A DNA stretch of 64,000 bases, taken from assembly GCA_963797095.1 (NCBI GenBank), contig CAWCNY010000005.1, positions 384,001 to 448,000 on the forward strand, given 5' to 3'. This document shows positions 33,889 to 44,126 of this stretch, piece by piece (position 1 is the first letter of the stretch; each line of letters opens with the position of its first letter). The translations under genes were made by a program, and so were the position numbers. Under the pieces are notes generated by a model. The model worked only from the letters and a program-made list of their open reading frames with translations, was not told where the DNA came from and searched no databases. This DNA is from an uncultured Chloroflexia bacterium (GTDB taxonomy: Bacteria; Chloroflexota; Chloroflexia; QHBQ01; JADMIH01).

Positions 33889-36450
33889 TTACGGAGTGAC
33901 CCAGCCGTTGCGCCTGGCGACCTCCGTACCCAGCAGGCCTAGCAGGACTTCGTTGGGGGTTCCGGCGTATTCCAGGTGATATTCGAAGCGGTTGCGCTCG
34001 AAGTACTGCACGAGATAGCCGTCTTCAACCAGTTCCCCTGAGATGGGGTAGCCGAAGATCGCCAGCCCACCGTGATCATTCCAGTACTTGAGGAACGCAC
34101 CTTTCAGAGAGTGCTGGGTCTCGTTGAAATAGACCTGGGTGGGGGTAATCTGGACCGGGGCTTCGGGCGGGAATATTCTACCTTTGGTCACTTCCACACC
34201 CAGCAGGCCCATCAGCACATCGTTCGAGCTGCCGCTGAACTCCGGGTGGTACTCGAAGCGGTTGCGCTCGAAGTACTGCACGGCGTAGGTCTGGCCGTCG
34301 GCGGGATTTATGTCCTGGAACTCTTCCGAGATGGGATAGCCGAAGATCGCCAGCCCGCCGTTTTCGTTCCAGAATTTGAGGAACGGACCCTTGAGGGTAT
34401 GCCCGACCTCCGGGAAGTAGACTACTTGCTCGGTATTGGTGAGCGGGGGCACGCGGTCAAAGGCTAAGGGACGCGGCTGCGGGATCAGGAAGTCGATCGT
34501 CTTGATGTCGCCCGCAGTGCCATCGACCTGCACCGTATAAGGCCCTATACGCATGCCCGTCGGCCCTGCGGCAGATAGAGCGTAGAAGCCGGATGCCAGG
34601 TTGTCGAACGTAAACGCGCCGTCGCCGTCGGGCTGGATCGATATCTCAGGTGCGTTCACACCGAGAGAAGGCTGTAGGTAGACAGTTACTGTGCCGGGGT
34701 CCGCGCCTCGTACGGTGCCCTTGATAGCCGACTGGCCCAGGCCGACCCCCGCCACAACTGTGAGGTCAACCGAGGCTTGCCGCCCACTGGAGGTACCTGT
34801 AGCGTTGAGCCTGGCGGAACCGATGGGCACATCTTTGGGCAGAGCCACCTCTGCACGGAAATCGCCTATGGCGTTTGCTTGCGCGTTGCCGAGTCCCCTG
34901 GCGGCTGCGTCGGCGGGGAGCCGGATGTCGAAATCAACGCTCTCGTTGGGATCGAAGCCTGAGCCGATGATAGCAAGCAGGCCACCCGGGGCCGCCGTGT
35001 TGCTGTCTAGCTGAATTGAGGCAGGTTGAGATGCTCCTGGGGTAGCCGTAGCTTCCGGCTCGGTTGTGGGCTGTGGGACGGGACTGGGGGTACGGGTTGG
35101 GAGGACACCGCCCGCCGCGATCTGCTGGGCCAGCTGCACGGCCTTAAAGGCGTTCAGTCTGCCTCGGCCCGTATATTCATCCCAGCCCTGAGGGCCGATA
35201 TCATCGGAGGAGTCCTCAAGGATATAGCGCACCTGCTGGGCGCTGAAGCCGGGGTTGATGCCCCAGACCAGGGCTGCCACGCCCACCACTATGGGGCAAG
35301 CGAACGATGTGCCGTTGCCGTACTCGTAACCAAGCTTGCCGTTGTCCCACGATGTACTGAGAATACCGACGCCCGGCGCGGAGATATCAAGGTAAGGCCC
35401 ATAGGAGGAGAAGCCTGTGGCGGCGTCATTCCTGACGGTAGCGCCCACGGCCATCGCGTAGTCGCTGGCGGCGGGGTAATGGGGCTTGCCATCCGGGCTG
35501 TTGCCGGCTGCCGCAATGAAGAGAACGTTCTTGTCGTAGGCATACTTGATAGCGTCTTCTTGAATTGCGCTATCTTCGTCGCCACCGAGGCTGACGTTGA
35601 GGATGTTGGCACCGTGGTCAACTGCCCAACGTATGCCTGCGGCCACCATTTCGTCTGTGCCTTCGCCATTGGAACCGCCCAGCACTTTGACCGGCATGAT
35701 GCGAGCGCCCCAGGATAGGCCCGCGATGCCTATGCTGTTGTTGCCGATGGCAGCGGCGATGCCTGCGGTCATGGTTCCGTGGCCGAAGTCATCATAGGGG
35801 TCGTCATCCTGGTTGTAGAAGTCGTAGCCGCCAACGTATTTGCCTTCAAGATCGGGGTGATCATAGGCAGTGCCTGTATCTATGACACCGATCGTGATGT
35901 TCTGGGAACCCGTCGTGACGTCCCACGCTTCCTCAGCATCGACCTGGCTGACATACCACTGCTGGTTACCGACGTATTCCTCGTCGTTGGGGGCTTTGTC
36001 TACCTTATAGATGTGATTGGGCTGGGCGTAGGAGACCAGGCCGGTAGATTGGAGGGCCGCAGAGGCGGCATTTATGTTCAGATCGGCGCCGTCGGCGCTG
36101 GTCATTTTGTAGACGCCTGGCAACACTTCGTCGCCGACACTTAGGCCGAACCGGTCCATCGTTTGATTGAGTGAGGACGAGGTGAGCGCCTCCGGCGACG
36201 AGAGCTTGACGAGTAGCTCGCCTGGGATGTAGTTGAGATCCATGCTGTCAGCCAGCTTGATGGAGAGCGCGGCCGCCGAAGGGGAAGAGGTGTCTATATG
36301 GTGGGATTGGAAGGAGATTGTCGAGGCGGAGGTTTGCGCTGGGTGTGCCCATAAAAGGGGAGACAGAGATAGGACGGGCACGATCAAGGCAAGGAATAAT
36401 CTGGCGGCGCGCCGCACCCCGGCGCTCTTAACTAATCGCATATATTGCAC
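33889..36450 (-). CDS. S8 subtilisin-like peptidase with C-terminal GYPISEE/VQYFERNR repeats
   Basis: VIDTG, GHGT, NGTSFACP catalytic triad; two repeats of GHTL..F...GGLAIFGYPIS...VQYFERNRFEYH. Confidence 0.93.
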   Translation of the reverse strand: MQYMRLVKSAGVRRAARLFLALIVPVLSLSPLLWAHPAQTSASTISFQSHHIDTSSPSAAALSIKLADSMDLNYIPGELLVKLSSPEALTSSSLNQTMDRFGLSVGDEVLPGVYKMTSADGADLNINAASAALQSTGLVSYAQPNHIYKVDKAPNDEEYVGNQQWYVSQVDAEEAWDVTTGSQNITIGVIDTGTAYDHPDLEGKYVGGYDFYNQDDDPYDDFGHGTMTAGIAAAIGNNSIGIAGLSWGARIMPVKVLGGSNGEGTDEMVAAGIRWAVDHGANILNVSLGGDEDSAIQEDAIKYAYDKNVLFIAAAGNSPDGKPHYPAASDYAMAVGATVRNDAATGFSSYGPYLDISAPGVGILSTSWDNGKLGYEYGNGTSFACPIVVGVAALVWGINPGFSAQQVRYILEDSSDDIGPQGWDEYTGRGRLNAFKAVQLAQQIAAGGVLPTRTPSPVPQPTTEPEATATPGASQPASIQLDSNTAAPGGLLAIIGSGFDPNESVDFDIRLPADAAARGLGNAQANAIGDFRAEVALPKDVPIGSARLNATGTSSGRQASVDLTVVAGVGLGQSAIKGTVRGADPGTVTVYLQPSLGVNAPEISIQPDGDGAFTFDNLASGFYALSAAGPTGMRIGPYTVQVDGTAGDIKTIDFLIPQPRPLAFDRVPPLTNTEQVVYFPEVGHTLKGPFLKFWNENGGLAIFGYPISEEFQDINPADGQTYAVQYFERNRFEYHPEFSGSSNDVLMGLLGVEVTKGRIFPPEAPVQITPTQVYFNETQHSLKGAFLKYWNDHGGLAIFGYPISGELVEDGYLVQYFERNRFEYHLEYAGTPNEVLLGLLGTEVARRNGWVTP

Positions 36451-36641
36451 CTTTCAAACAGGAATATGGTAGAGGCTAATTCACACGCTGGTATAAGGTG
36501 CGAAAGCACACTTCGGCTCATCAGGGATCGTATTGAAAATCGCGCGCATGTATGCAAGTAGATGTATACAGGCTAGACAGTCGGTAGCGCTACGCCACAT
36601 ACGGGTAGTATACCAAAAAATCGAACGAGGGAGCGCTATAC

Positions 36642-39425
36642 CTACCGGAGGGCGAAAACGTAGACGCCGTCTTTGTGGAATATTAGCTGGGTGTAATCGC
36701 TGGAAAGCATGAGTGGAACATTGAGAGCGCCACCGCGCGAGCCTACATAGATATGAGTAATGCCTACATCTTTGAGGCTTTGCCAGTTCTGAGGGGTCAT
36801 ATCCTTACTGAACGGCTCGTATTGAATGATGGAAAGCACCCCGTCAAGGTAATTTGGGTCGGCGAGACGCTCATTGTAGGCAGGCAGGGGAGGGACTGTG
36901 GTCTGGACGCCTGACATCAGAGGAATCCACATCCCGGCATCGGAACCATAGACATTGGTGGGCGCCCACTCGAACGCAAAGGGATTGGCGAGCACGGTAG
37001 CGTTGCGAGGGAGGTTGTCGCGCATCCAGAGGAGGGCTTCGCGGTCGGCTGGGGCGAAATAGGGCTTGCTGTCGAGATCGGAGGCTATGGGGAGTGCTAT
37101 CGCCAGCGCGATGAGCAAGAGGGCCACGGCAGATACGGCGCGCACGCCGGTACGCCAGAGGCGTGCGCGAAGGCCTGAGAAGGAATTGCCTGCCATCAGA
37201 ATCTGGCGCGACAGCAGTTCCAGGGCGTAGCCGGAAAGAAGGCCGAGAGGCAACCAGAGGCTTTGCGCCCAGGTCGTTATGTCAAGATAACCGGAGTAGG
37301 GGAGCCGCAATCCGGGCGCGATAAAGTCGAAGAGGTACGGGTCGGACCAGAGGCCGAGGAGCGCCCACGCGCCCGCTACCAGCAGTAGAGGCCACACGCG
37401 CTGCCGTATGGCGAGCAGGAGACCCAGCAAACCGGTGATGTACAAGGCCCACATGGTAGGGTGGGTAACTAAGCTGGATATGTTGCCCAGGTCGTAATAT
37501 TGGCGGGTTTCGGGGTTGTCGCGCCCTACGAGGTGGCTGTGGAAGTTCTGGGCAAGGTTAAGGAGCCAGGGGCTTAGAGCGGCCAGGGTGAGCAGCGCAA
37601 GCAGCCCGGCTCGCCTGATGAGCAATAAGGGGGTGATTTCCGGCCTGGTTGAGGGGTTGCCGGGTCGCGCGGGACGCCTCACTGTGCTTGCGAGCAGCCT
37701 ACCAACTACATAGAGAGCGAACATGACGGCGAAGATCATAGCGATCCGGTAATGGGTGAGGAAGAGGCCCGCCACGCCGATCACGCCGAGGATGTAAGGA
37801 CCGGAGCGCTGGAGCGCGAGATAGGTGGTGCGGAGCGCAGACGATGAATTGCTGTTGCCCTGATCTGCCACGACCAGTGACTGATCCCCGGACGCAGGGG
37901 AACGCCCCAATACATTGAGCGCAAGGAGCCACGCGACGGGCAGAACCGCGAGGCCCAGGCCCTGGGTGTAGCGACTCCAGTTGACGTAGTAGGCGGGGAA
38001 GATGCAGACGAGGCCGGCCAGCGCGCCCGCGATGAGGCCCGCCCAGCGATTGCCGAAGGCGCGCCATGCGAAAAGGGGGAGGGTGAGGACAGGGAGAGCT
38101 GTGGCGAACTGGCCTACCTGGGGCATCAGCGAGAGGAGGTCTTCGGGGCGGGTCTGAGAGGTGAGCCAGGCCACGCTCGCGATAAGGGTATGGAAGCCAT
38201 AGTGGTATGTGAAGGAGGCGAGCGGGGCATAGGGCTGGTAGTCGCCTGGGATGCCCCCGTTGTCGATGATCATGCGGGCAATTAGAGTGTGGTGGTATGC
38301 GTCGAGCCCCATGCCTGCGGGGGCATCGCGTAGGGAAACGAAGCGCACCGCCAGAGTGAGCACGAAAAGGAGAGCCAGCAGGCCCCAGAATAAGAGATCG
38401 ATGGGAAGGAGGCGCAAGCGGTCCCTGAGAGCGCGAAGGCCGCGCCCGGAGGAGGATGGACCTGTTTGTTGGCTACCGGCGCTTGAGGACCGCACACTCT
38501 TGTAGACCGCCCAGGCGCAGGCAATCGCGGAAATGAGCACTATGAGCCATAGGCCCAGCGCGCCAATGGGCAGACCCGACGCCTTCATTACCAGGAGGAA
38601 GACTGGCAGGACCAGCGCGGTGAGGGCGGGTGCCGCGAGCACGCTTTGCCCGCGATTGAATCCGGAAGGGATCCAGGACAAGAGGGCGAGGCCGGGCAGG
38701 AAGAGAAGGGCAATCCAGGCGAGTAGAGGAAAGAGCGCGCCGGAAAGGGTGGCAAGGATATCGCCCAGGAGGTCGGTAGCTTCGTAGCGATAATAAGCCG
38801 AGATGACAAGGTCCCCGTCCTGCGGGCCATCGTCTGTGTACATGCTTCCGGAAGAGAGCATGTCGAAGGAGTTATAGCGTACGGCGAAAGCCTGGGTTAG
38901 TGGTCTGTCAGGCGCTTGAAAGACAAGGGTGTAGGCCATGCCCTCAGAGTTGGAGATGGGCGGGAAAGCTACTGTAAGGAAAGGATCGCGGGCGAAGCTT
39001 GTGGAGCGAAATGGAGCGCTGTAGAGCACGCGGCCCGAAACGCCGTCGCCTTCGAGCAGGCGCACCTCGCCGGGGGCCGAAAGGTTGGGCCTGGTGGCAA
39101 GCTGCATGTCGATGCGGTCGAGGTTGTTCCTGGCTACGAGGAAGCTTTGTGCTACCAGAGTGGTGGTCGATGTGGTGGTATCGGCGTCGTACTGGTGCTG
39201 CTCCAGGGTGCGCAGTTCGATGCCGTTGGAGAGGCTGAAGAGCGCCCCTAGCCCCGCGAGCAGGAGCAATACAGGTGTGAGCCATAGAAGCAGAGCGCGC
39301 ACCGGCCTGGGCAACGGGCGGCGCAATACGGCCCAGGTGCGCCTGATCCAGGCGGTAGATCTGCCAAGGATGCTTCGCTTGCCTCCTGAGCCTGACCCAC
39401 CCACTGGACGAACAGGTAGCTGCAT
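36642..39425 (-). CDS. Large polytopic membrane protein, GT-C glycosyltransferase-like
   Basis: Many TMs; DAYHH and YHYGFH luminal-loop motifs; C-terminal soluble domain (W.RDN.P...GITHIYVG). Confidence 0.6.
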   Translation of the reverse strand: MQLPVRPVGGSGSGGKRSILGRSTAWIRRTWAVLRRPLPRPVRALLLWLTPVLLLLAGLGALFSLSNGIELRTLEQHQYDADTTTSTTTLVAQSFLVARNNLDRIDMQLATRPNLSAPGEVRLLEGDGVSGRVLYSAPFRSTSFARDPFLTVAFPPISNSEGMAYTLVFQAPDRPLTQAFAVRYNSFDMLSSGSMYTDDGPQDGDLVISAYYRYEATDLLGDILATLSGALFPLLAWIALLFLPGLALLSWIPSGFNRGQSVLAAPALTALVLPVFLLVMKASGLPIGALGLWLIVLISAIACAWAVYKSVRSSSAGSQQTGPSSSGRGLRALRDRLRLLPIDLLFWGLLALLFVLTLAVRFVSLRDAPAGMGLDAYHHTLIARMIIDNGGIPGDYQPYAPLASFTYHYGFHTLIASVAWLTSQTRPEDLLSLMPQVGQFATALPVLTLPLFAWRAFGNRWAGLIAGALAGLVCIFPAYYVNWSRYTQGLGLAVLPVAWLLALNVLGRSPASGDQSLVVADQGNSNSSSALRTTYLALQRSGPYILGVIGVAGLFLTHYRIAMIFAVMFALYVVGRLLASTVRRPARPGNPSTRPEITPLLLIRRAGLLALLTLAALSPWLLNLAQNFHSHLVGRDNPETRQYYDLGNISSLVTHPTMWALYITGLLGLLLAIRQRVWPLLLVAGAWALLGLWSDPYLFDFIAPGLRLPYSGYLDITTWAQSLWLPLGLLSGYALELLSRQILMAGNSFSGLRARLWRTGVRAVSAVALLLIALAIALPIASDLDSKPYFAPADREALLWMRDNLPRNATVLANPFAFEWAPTNVYGSDAGMWIPLMSGVQTTVPPLPAYNERLADPNYLDGVLSIIQYEPFSKDMTPQNWQSLKDVGITHIYVGSRGGALNVPLMLSSDYTQLIFHKDGVYVFALR

Positions 39426-39437
39426 CGGACTTACGTC

Positions 39438-40679
39438 TTAAACCTCGATGATGTCCCTTGTGGAGAATGTGAGCGCCTGCAAACCTTCCTGCGTCAGCAG
39501 GTATGTATCCTCAATGCCGATAGCGCCGCGACTCTCAAATATCAGCTTCGGCTCGATGGCGAGCACCATCCCAACTTCGAGGACCGCGTCGGTACCGCGC
39601 TGGAGGGCGGGCCATTCGTCCAACTCAAGGCCGACAGCGTGGCCGACGAAGGGCACGCGCTGGCCTGGAGATTCGCTTTCGGGTGGGCCCATAAAGTTGT
39701 CGCCATAGCCGAGATTGGTGGCGTATTCGACGGCCATAGTATAGAGATCGCCGCTGGTGATGCCGGGGCGGACGTTGCGCTCAAGATGTTGCTGCACCGC
39801 ACGCATGGCCGAGTAGGCGTCGAGCCAGAACTGCGAAAGCTTGCCTACGGAGAGGGTGCGGGTCTGGTCTGATATGTAGCCGCCCCACTCGGAGGCGAAA
39901 TCGAGCAACACAGGCTCGCCGCGCCGGATCAGCCGTCTGCCTGCCCCGAAAGGAGCCCAGGGGCCGAGGCCCGGCCCGCCCTGGGGCGAGTTCATAAAGG
40001 ATGGGATAGCACCCGACTCGCCTGCCAGCACGTGGCCCATGTGCATCTCCTGGCCTGGGAAACGCATGCGCTGTAGACCGCTGTGGCCGGCGATACGCGC
40101 CTCGGCCTCCACGCGGGCGGCAACCTCCAACTCGCTGATCCCTTCGCGCAGGTAGCGGGCTGCGGCCTTCACGATCACATCCGAGACCTGGGCGGCACGC
40201 TTGATCTGGGCTATCTCGTAGTCGCTTTTGAGGGCGCGCACACGCCTGAAGAGCATGGAGGCGTCCAGATGTTTCGCGCCCAGAGGTTGCAAAGCGCGCT
40301 CGAAAGCGCCGGAGGTTAGAACCGGCAGCGTATCAAGCTCCCAGCCTATGGCGGCGGGCTTGCGGCCACCGGCCTCCTCGATAAGGGCCGGAAGATCGCG
40401 CAGAGATCGCACCGCCACTATACGGCCCCAACCCTGACCAAGAGGCGAATCGGCCTCGGCGCGACCTGGGTGCTTGCGTACCATCAGGATCGGCTCGCCC
40501 TCAACGGGAAGGTATACCTGGGCTTGCTGGATCGCGCCCGACAGATAGAAGATGTCGGCGTTCTGTGTAGCCATCACCCCGTCGAGGTTAGCCTCGCGCA
40601 TGGCGGCTTGCAATCGGGCGGCACGAGCCTGTAATTCCGCGAGCGGGGTAGATTGGGGCTGAGGATAAAGCCCTTGCAT
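39438..40679 (-). CDS. M24 Xaa-Pro aminopeptidase family protein
   Basis: RALKSDYEI, D...GYISDQTRT, GHAVGLELDEWP, AIEPK, GIEDT; probable start MQGLY at 40679. Confidence 0.9.
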   Translation of the reverse strand: MQGLYPQPQSTPLAELQARAARLQAAMREANLDGVMATQNADIFYLSGAIQQAQVYLPVEGEPILMVRKHPGRAEADSPLGQGWGRIVAVRSLRDLPALIEEAGGRKPAAIGWELDTLPVLTSGAFERALQPLGAKHLDASMLFRRVRALKSDYEIAQIKRAAQVSDVIVKAAARYLREGISELEVAARVEAEARIAGHSGLQRMRFPGQEMHMGHVLAGESGAIPSFMNSPQGGPGLGPWAPFGAGRRLIRRGEPVLLDFASEWGGYISDQTRTLSVGKLSQFWLDAYSAMRAVQQHLERNVRPGITSGDLYTMAVEYATNLGYGDNFMGPPESESPGQRVPFVGHAVGLELDEWPALQRGTDAVLEVGMVLAIEPKLIFESRGAIGIEDTYLLTQEGLQALTFSTRDIIEV

Positions 40680-40823
40680 GGTGACAGTATCGTGTATCAT
40701 ACGCACGACAGTATACCATAGAGGTCGGTTGGCGGCTGCTTCGCTTGACGCTTGTGGTATAATCATGAGCGCCGGGTGGTAGGTGATTCCACGCCCGCTG
40801 ATAGGAAGAAAAAGGATAAGGAA

Positions 40824-41477
40824 ATGACACATCAGGATAATCCACAACAGACAGAACATAAAGAAGATCAGCATCACGACCACCACTCATATGGCCATAC
40901 ACATGGACACAGCCACGGACACGATCACGACAAGGAGCACGACGATTTCCGGAGGCAACTTGATACGCAGCGCAGGTTGAAGGATAAGTTTCTGTTGGAG
41001 CACCCACAATCACCGCTTTTGCCTGAGGACAAAGAGCACTTTGAGGGCGCACACTACTACCCGGTGGACGTGAAATACCGGGTGATGGCGACTTTCGAGC
41101 CTGAAGAGCACCCAGGCATATTCCGCGTTCAGACCAGCACCGGCGATTTCAAGGAGTACACTCGTGCCGGTAGGCTCCACTTCGAGATTGACGACCAGCA
41201 CTTAAGCCTGGTGGCATTCTTGCCGCCCGCCGATGAGCCAATGCACGGCAACCGCCTCTTCGTGCCGTTCCGCGATAAGACATCGGGAAAAGAGACTTAC
41301 GGAGCGGGCCGCTATCTCGACTTGAACAAGCGCCCAGGCGACCAGTATGTGCTAGACTTCAACCGGGCCTACAATCCATACTGCGCTTACAGCCCATACT
41401 ATTCGTGCCCAATACCCCCGGGTGAAAACAACCTGCCTGTAGAGATCAGAGCGGGTGAAAAAGCGTTTCACGATTGA
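40824..41477 (+). CDS. DUF1684 protein with His-rich N-terminus
   Basis: PFRDKTSGKETYGAGRYL, LDFNRAYNPYCAYS...CPIPP.EN.L...I.AGEK. Confidence 0.9.
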   Translation: MTHQDNPQQTEHKEDQHHDHHSYGHTHGHSHGHDHDKEHDDFRRQLDTQRRLKDKFLLEHPQSPLLPEDKEHFEGAHYYPVDVKYRVMATFEPEEHPGIFRVQTSTGDFKEYTRAGRLHFEIDDQHLSLVAFLPPADEPMHGNRLFVPFRDKTSGKETYGAGRYLDLNKRPGDQYVLDFNRAYNPYCAYSPYYSCPIPPGENNLPVEIRAGEKAFHD

Positions 41478-41661
41478 GCGCGAACGCCATAGGTGATACG
41501 TGAATTGTTACAGCCTTCGTATGTAGTAGGGGAAACAATTAATACTCTAAGCGCACGCAGCATGTATCTCGCTGCATATAGAGCAGTAAGCAATAATCAC
41601 GTATCACATATTGCGTACCACGAAAATTCACGTTACACCTTAGCCGCAAGGAGGATCTAGC

Positions 41662-42225
41662 GTGGACACAGACCAGGGAACATACATCGACGATGAGGAA
41701 GCGGAAGAAGAGCCTGCAAAACGAGGTCGTGGATGCCTCCCGTGGGTTATCATACTCGTTATCATCGTTGTGGGTGGACTGGCTACAGCGCCGCTTATCG
41801 GCCAGATAATCTTTCGTGAGGAAACCCCCTTGCCTGGGGAGGAATTCATCACAGACCTGGGGCTGCGCCTGCTGGCGGTTCCGAGTGACTATACCGACCG
41901 CAAGATGCCGGGCGGCACTGACCCCGCCACGGTACAATCGATGGCAGATAAGGGCAAAGAGCTGTTCGGGGTGGAATGCGCTGTGTGCCACGGCCAGGAT
42001 GGTAGGAGTGGCGTAGGCTGGGGTATCGCCATGTACCCGCCGCCCGCCAATCTGCACGCCGACCGCACGCAGACCAAGACTGATGGGCAGCTATTCTGGG
42101 AAATAGCTCATGGGATCAACCTCACAGGTATGCCCGCTTTCGGCAAAGACTTCCCAGGTGGTTATCACACGGATGAGGAGATCTGGTATCTGATCGCATA
42201 TATCCGCACTCTCAAGAACCAGTAA
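41662..42225 (+). CDS. Membrane-anchored monoheme cytochrome c
   Basis: TM anchor, CAVCH, TGMPAF axial Met; AAGGAGG RBS. Confidence 0.9.
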   Translation: MDTDQGTYIDDEEAEEEPAKRGRGCLPWVIILVIIVVGGLATAPLIGQIIFREETPLPGEEFITDLGLRLLAVPSDYTDRKMPGGTDPATVQSMADKGKELFGVECAVCHGQDGRSGVGWGIAMYPPPANLHADRTQTKTDGQLFWEIAHGINLTGMPAFGKDFPGGYHTDEEIWYLIAYIRTLKNQ

Positions 42226-42247
42226 CTCAAGCCCCTGAGCTCGCAAC

Positions 42248-42289
42248 AACCGAGTGGGAGGTCTCAACCGGAGGCTTCCACTCGGTTTT
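42248..42289 (+). terminator. Intrinsic terminator
   Basis: aaccgagtgggag...cttccactcggtttt. Confidence 0.7.
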
Positions 42290-42321
42290 GATTATTACAA
42301 TAGGGCAAAGGAGGCGATTGC

Positions 42322-42813
42322 ATGGACAAGATTTTCATTTTCGGTGACATTGATTATGTTACGATTGCTCGTGTCTTTCTGGCATTCGTGCTTGGAGGTG
42401 TCGTGGGGTTCGAGCGCGAGCGGGTGCACCGGCCAGCGGGGCTACGCACCCACATGCTCGTGGCGGCGGGGGCCGCGTGCTTCACGGTGGCCTCGATCTA
42501 CGGGTTCGATGGTCTTGGTACGTCACGCGACCCTGCACGGCTGGCGGCGCAGATCGTGACCGGCATTGGTTTCCTGGGGGCCGGGGCGATATTTCGCACA
42601 CGCTCGACTGTGCGCGGCTTGACTACAGCTTCGAGTATCTGGATAACGGCGGCCATCGGTATTGTTGCGGGCCTGGGTATGCTGACTCTTGCGGTTTTTA
42701 CCACGATTATTACGTGGTTCGCCCTTTATGTGCTCAAAGGGTTGGAGTTGCGAGAGGTGAGGGGCCGCGACAAGGGAGAGCCGTTCCAGACACAGCACGA
42801 TCAGGTGAATTGA
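42322..42813 (+). CDS. MgtC/SapB family protein
   Basis: GFERE...AGLRTHMLV, RLAAQIVTGIGFLGAGAI, GLTTASSIW. Confidence 0.95.
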   Translation: MDKIFIFGDIDYVTIARVFLAFVLGGVVGFERERVHRPAGLRTHMLVAAGAACFTVASIYGFDGLGTSRDPARLAAQIVTGIGFLGAGAIFRTRSTVRGLTTASSIWITAAIGIVAGLGMLTLAVFTTIITWFALYVLKGLELREVRGRDKGEPFQTQHDQVN

Positions 42814-42873
42814 TGGTACAAGAGTTGAAGTCAGTTTGAGGTTTAGAGTGCTTTTATTCTGGGGAGATATTGC

Positions 42874-43380
42874 TTGAAAGCGGTCAGGATGATCGACAAT
42901 GGCATGATGGGAACCCGCAGGGTGGCGCGAGTGCGCAGGTTTGCTGAGGTTATGTTTGGGGTCACTTTGTGCTTGCTTCTGCTTGCCGGGTGCCTTGAAC
43001 AGGTACAGACGACACGTATTGCCGGGGGTGCACTGAGCAACTTCTTTGTTCACCTGGAAAAAGGAGAGCTTGACGACGCGATGGCCTATTTCGCGCCGGG
43101 GCTTGTTACGCCCTCCGCCGAGTTGGATTCGTCGGTTCAGGATGCCTCCAACGCCATCAGAAAGTATGAGTTCAGACAGGTGAAGTCCAGTGAGGAAGAC
43201 CTGGACAATGGCGAGAAGCAGGTAACATTGAAGGGGCAGGATCGCCAACGCACGCCTGATGGACAACCCACGCCCCGCCCCGATGATGGCTGGCAGGACA
43301 CTGACATCATTACCGCTCGCATGGTGGAGATAGGATCGGGGTGGCGGCTGCTCGATTTTGAGTTGTTGTGCTGCCGGTAG
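42874..43380 (+). CDS. Putative lipoprotein (start uncertain)
   Basis: LLAGC lipobox; ends GWRLL. Confidence 0.65.
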   Translation: MKAVRMIDNGMMGTRRVARVRRFAEVMFGVTLCLLLLAGCLEQVQTTRIAGGALSNFFVHLEKGELDDAMAYFAPGLVTPSAELDSSVQDASNAIRKYEFRQVKSSEEDLDNGEKQVTLKGQDRQRTPDGQPTPRPDDGWQDTDIITARMVEIGSGWRLLDFELLCCR

Positions 43381-43463
43381 TCGGTATTTCCTGCTTCCTA
43401 CAATCGTCAATAGTCCCTACCGACTACCGACTACCGACTACCGACTACCGACTACCGACTACC
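43376..43463. repeat. Heptamer palindromic element GGTAGTCGG ... (CTACCGA)x6
   Basis: The left arm supplies the lipoprotein TAG stop; the right arm has six perfect units; it lies between convergent genes. Confidence 0.9.
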
Positions 43464-43466
43464 CTA

Positions 43467-44030
43467 TCAATAGTAATCGGTATAAAGAAGCAAGCCAAAG
43501 AGGCCGAGGTTGGCGAGGATCAACGTCAGGTCGCGCTTCTGGTCGTCGGTGAGGTCGCCTTGCCGCCAGCGTCCTGCCAGTTGAGCGAAGTAGAGCAGCA
43601 TGTACGAGAACTGGGTTGCCATATAGATGAAGTGGTAATAACCGAGCAGATTCCAGCGCCAGGGGCGAGGCATGGTCCAGTTGACGAGGCCGCCCCGCCC
43701 CTGTGCTACATGGAATAAGAGAGACACCGCGCTACCACCCAGGATCGGCAGAAGGGCGGTTCGCCCGCTGAGCTTGGGCTGCCAGCGCACGAATGACCTA
43801 ATTATCAGCACATTGATAAATGGCAGGATGATCCCATCGCCGAATATGGCTGAACGAAAGGTGAGCGTTGGCCTGTACTGCTTGATAAGTGGATTGCCTG
43901 TAATAAGCATCCAGACGTTCGTACCGCCCGACACTCCCAGGGCCGCCGCGAACGTGGCCAGCGCGGTGGCGATCAGCAACGCAGGATCCTGGGGATTTTG
44001 GATTTTGGACTTTGGATTTTGGATTTTCAT
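43467..44030 (-). CDS. Hypothetical membrane protein
   Basis: About 5 TMs; SAIFGDGIILP, NWTMP, GYYH. The probable N-terminus MKIQNPKSKIQNP is a translated heptamer tract (43993-44027). Confidence 0.7.
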   Translation of the reverse strand: MKIQNPKSKIQNPQDPALLIATALATFAAALGVSGGTNVWMLITGNPLIKQYRPTLTFRSAIFGDGIILPFINVLIIRSFVRWQPKLSGRTALLPILGGSAVSLLFHVAQGRGGLVNWTMPRPWRWNLLGYYHFIYMATQFSYMLLYFAQLAGRWRQGDLTDDQKRDLTLILANLGLFGLLLYTDYY

Positions 44031-44126
44031 TTTGCTCAGGTAATCTATCGCATTTCGGCTGGCGGTCGTCCGGTGCCTGGTCTCATGATATAATATCGTA
44101 CCGCTGAAAAAGTAAGGAGCACAAAC

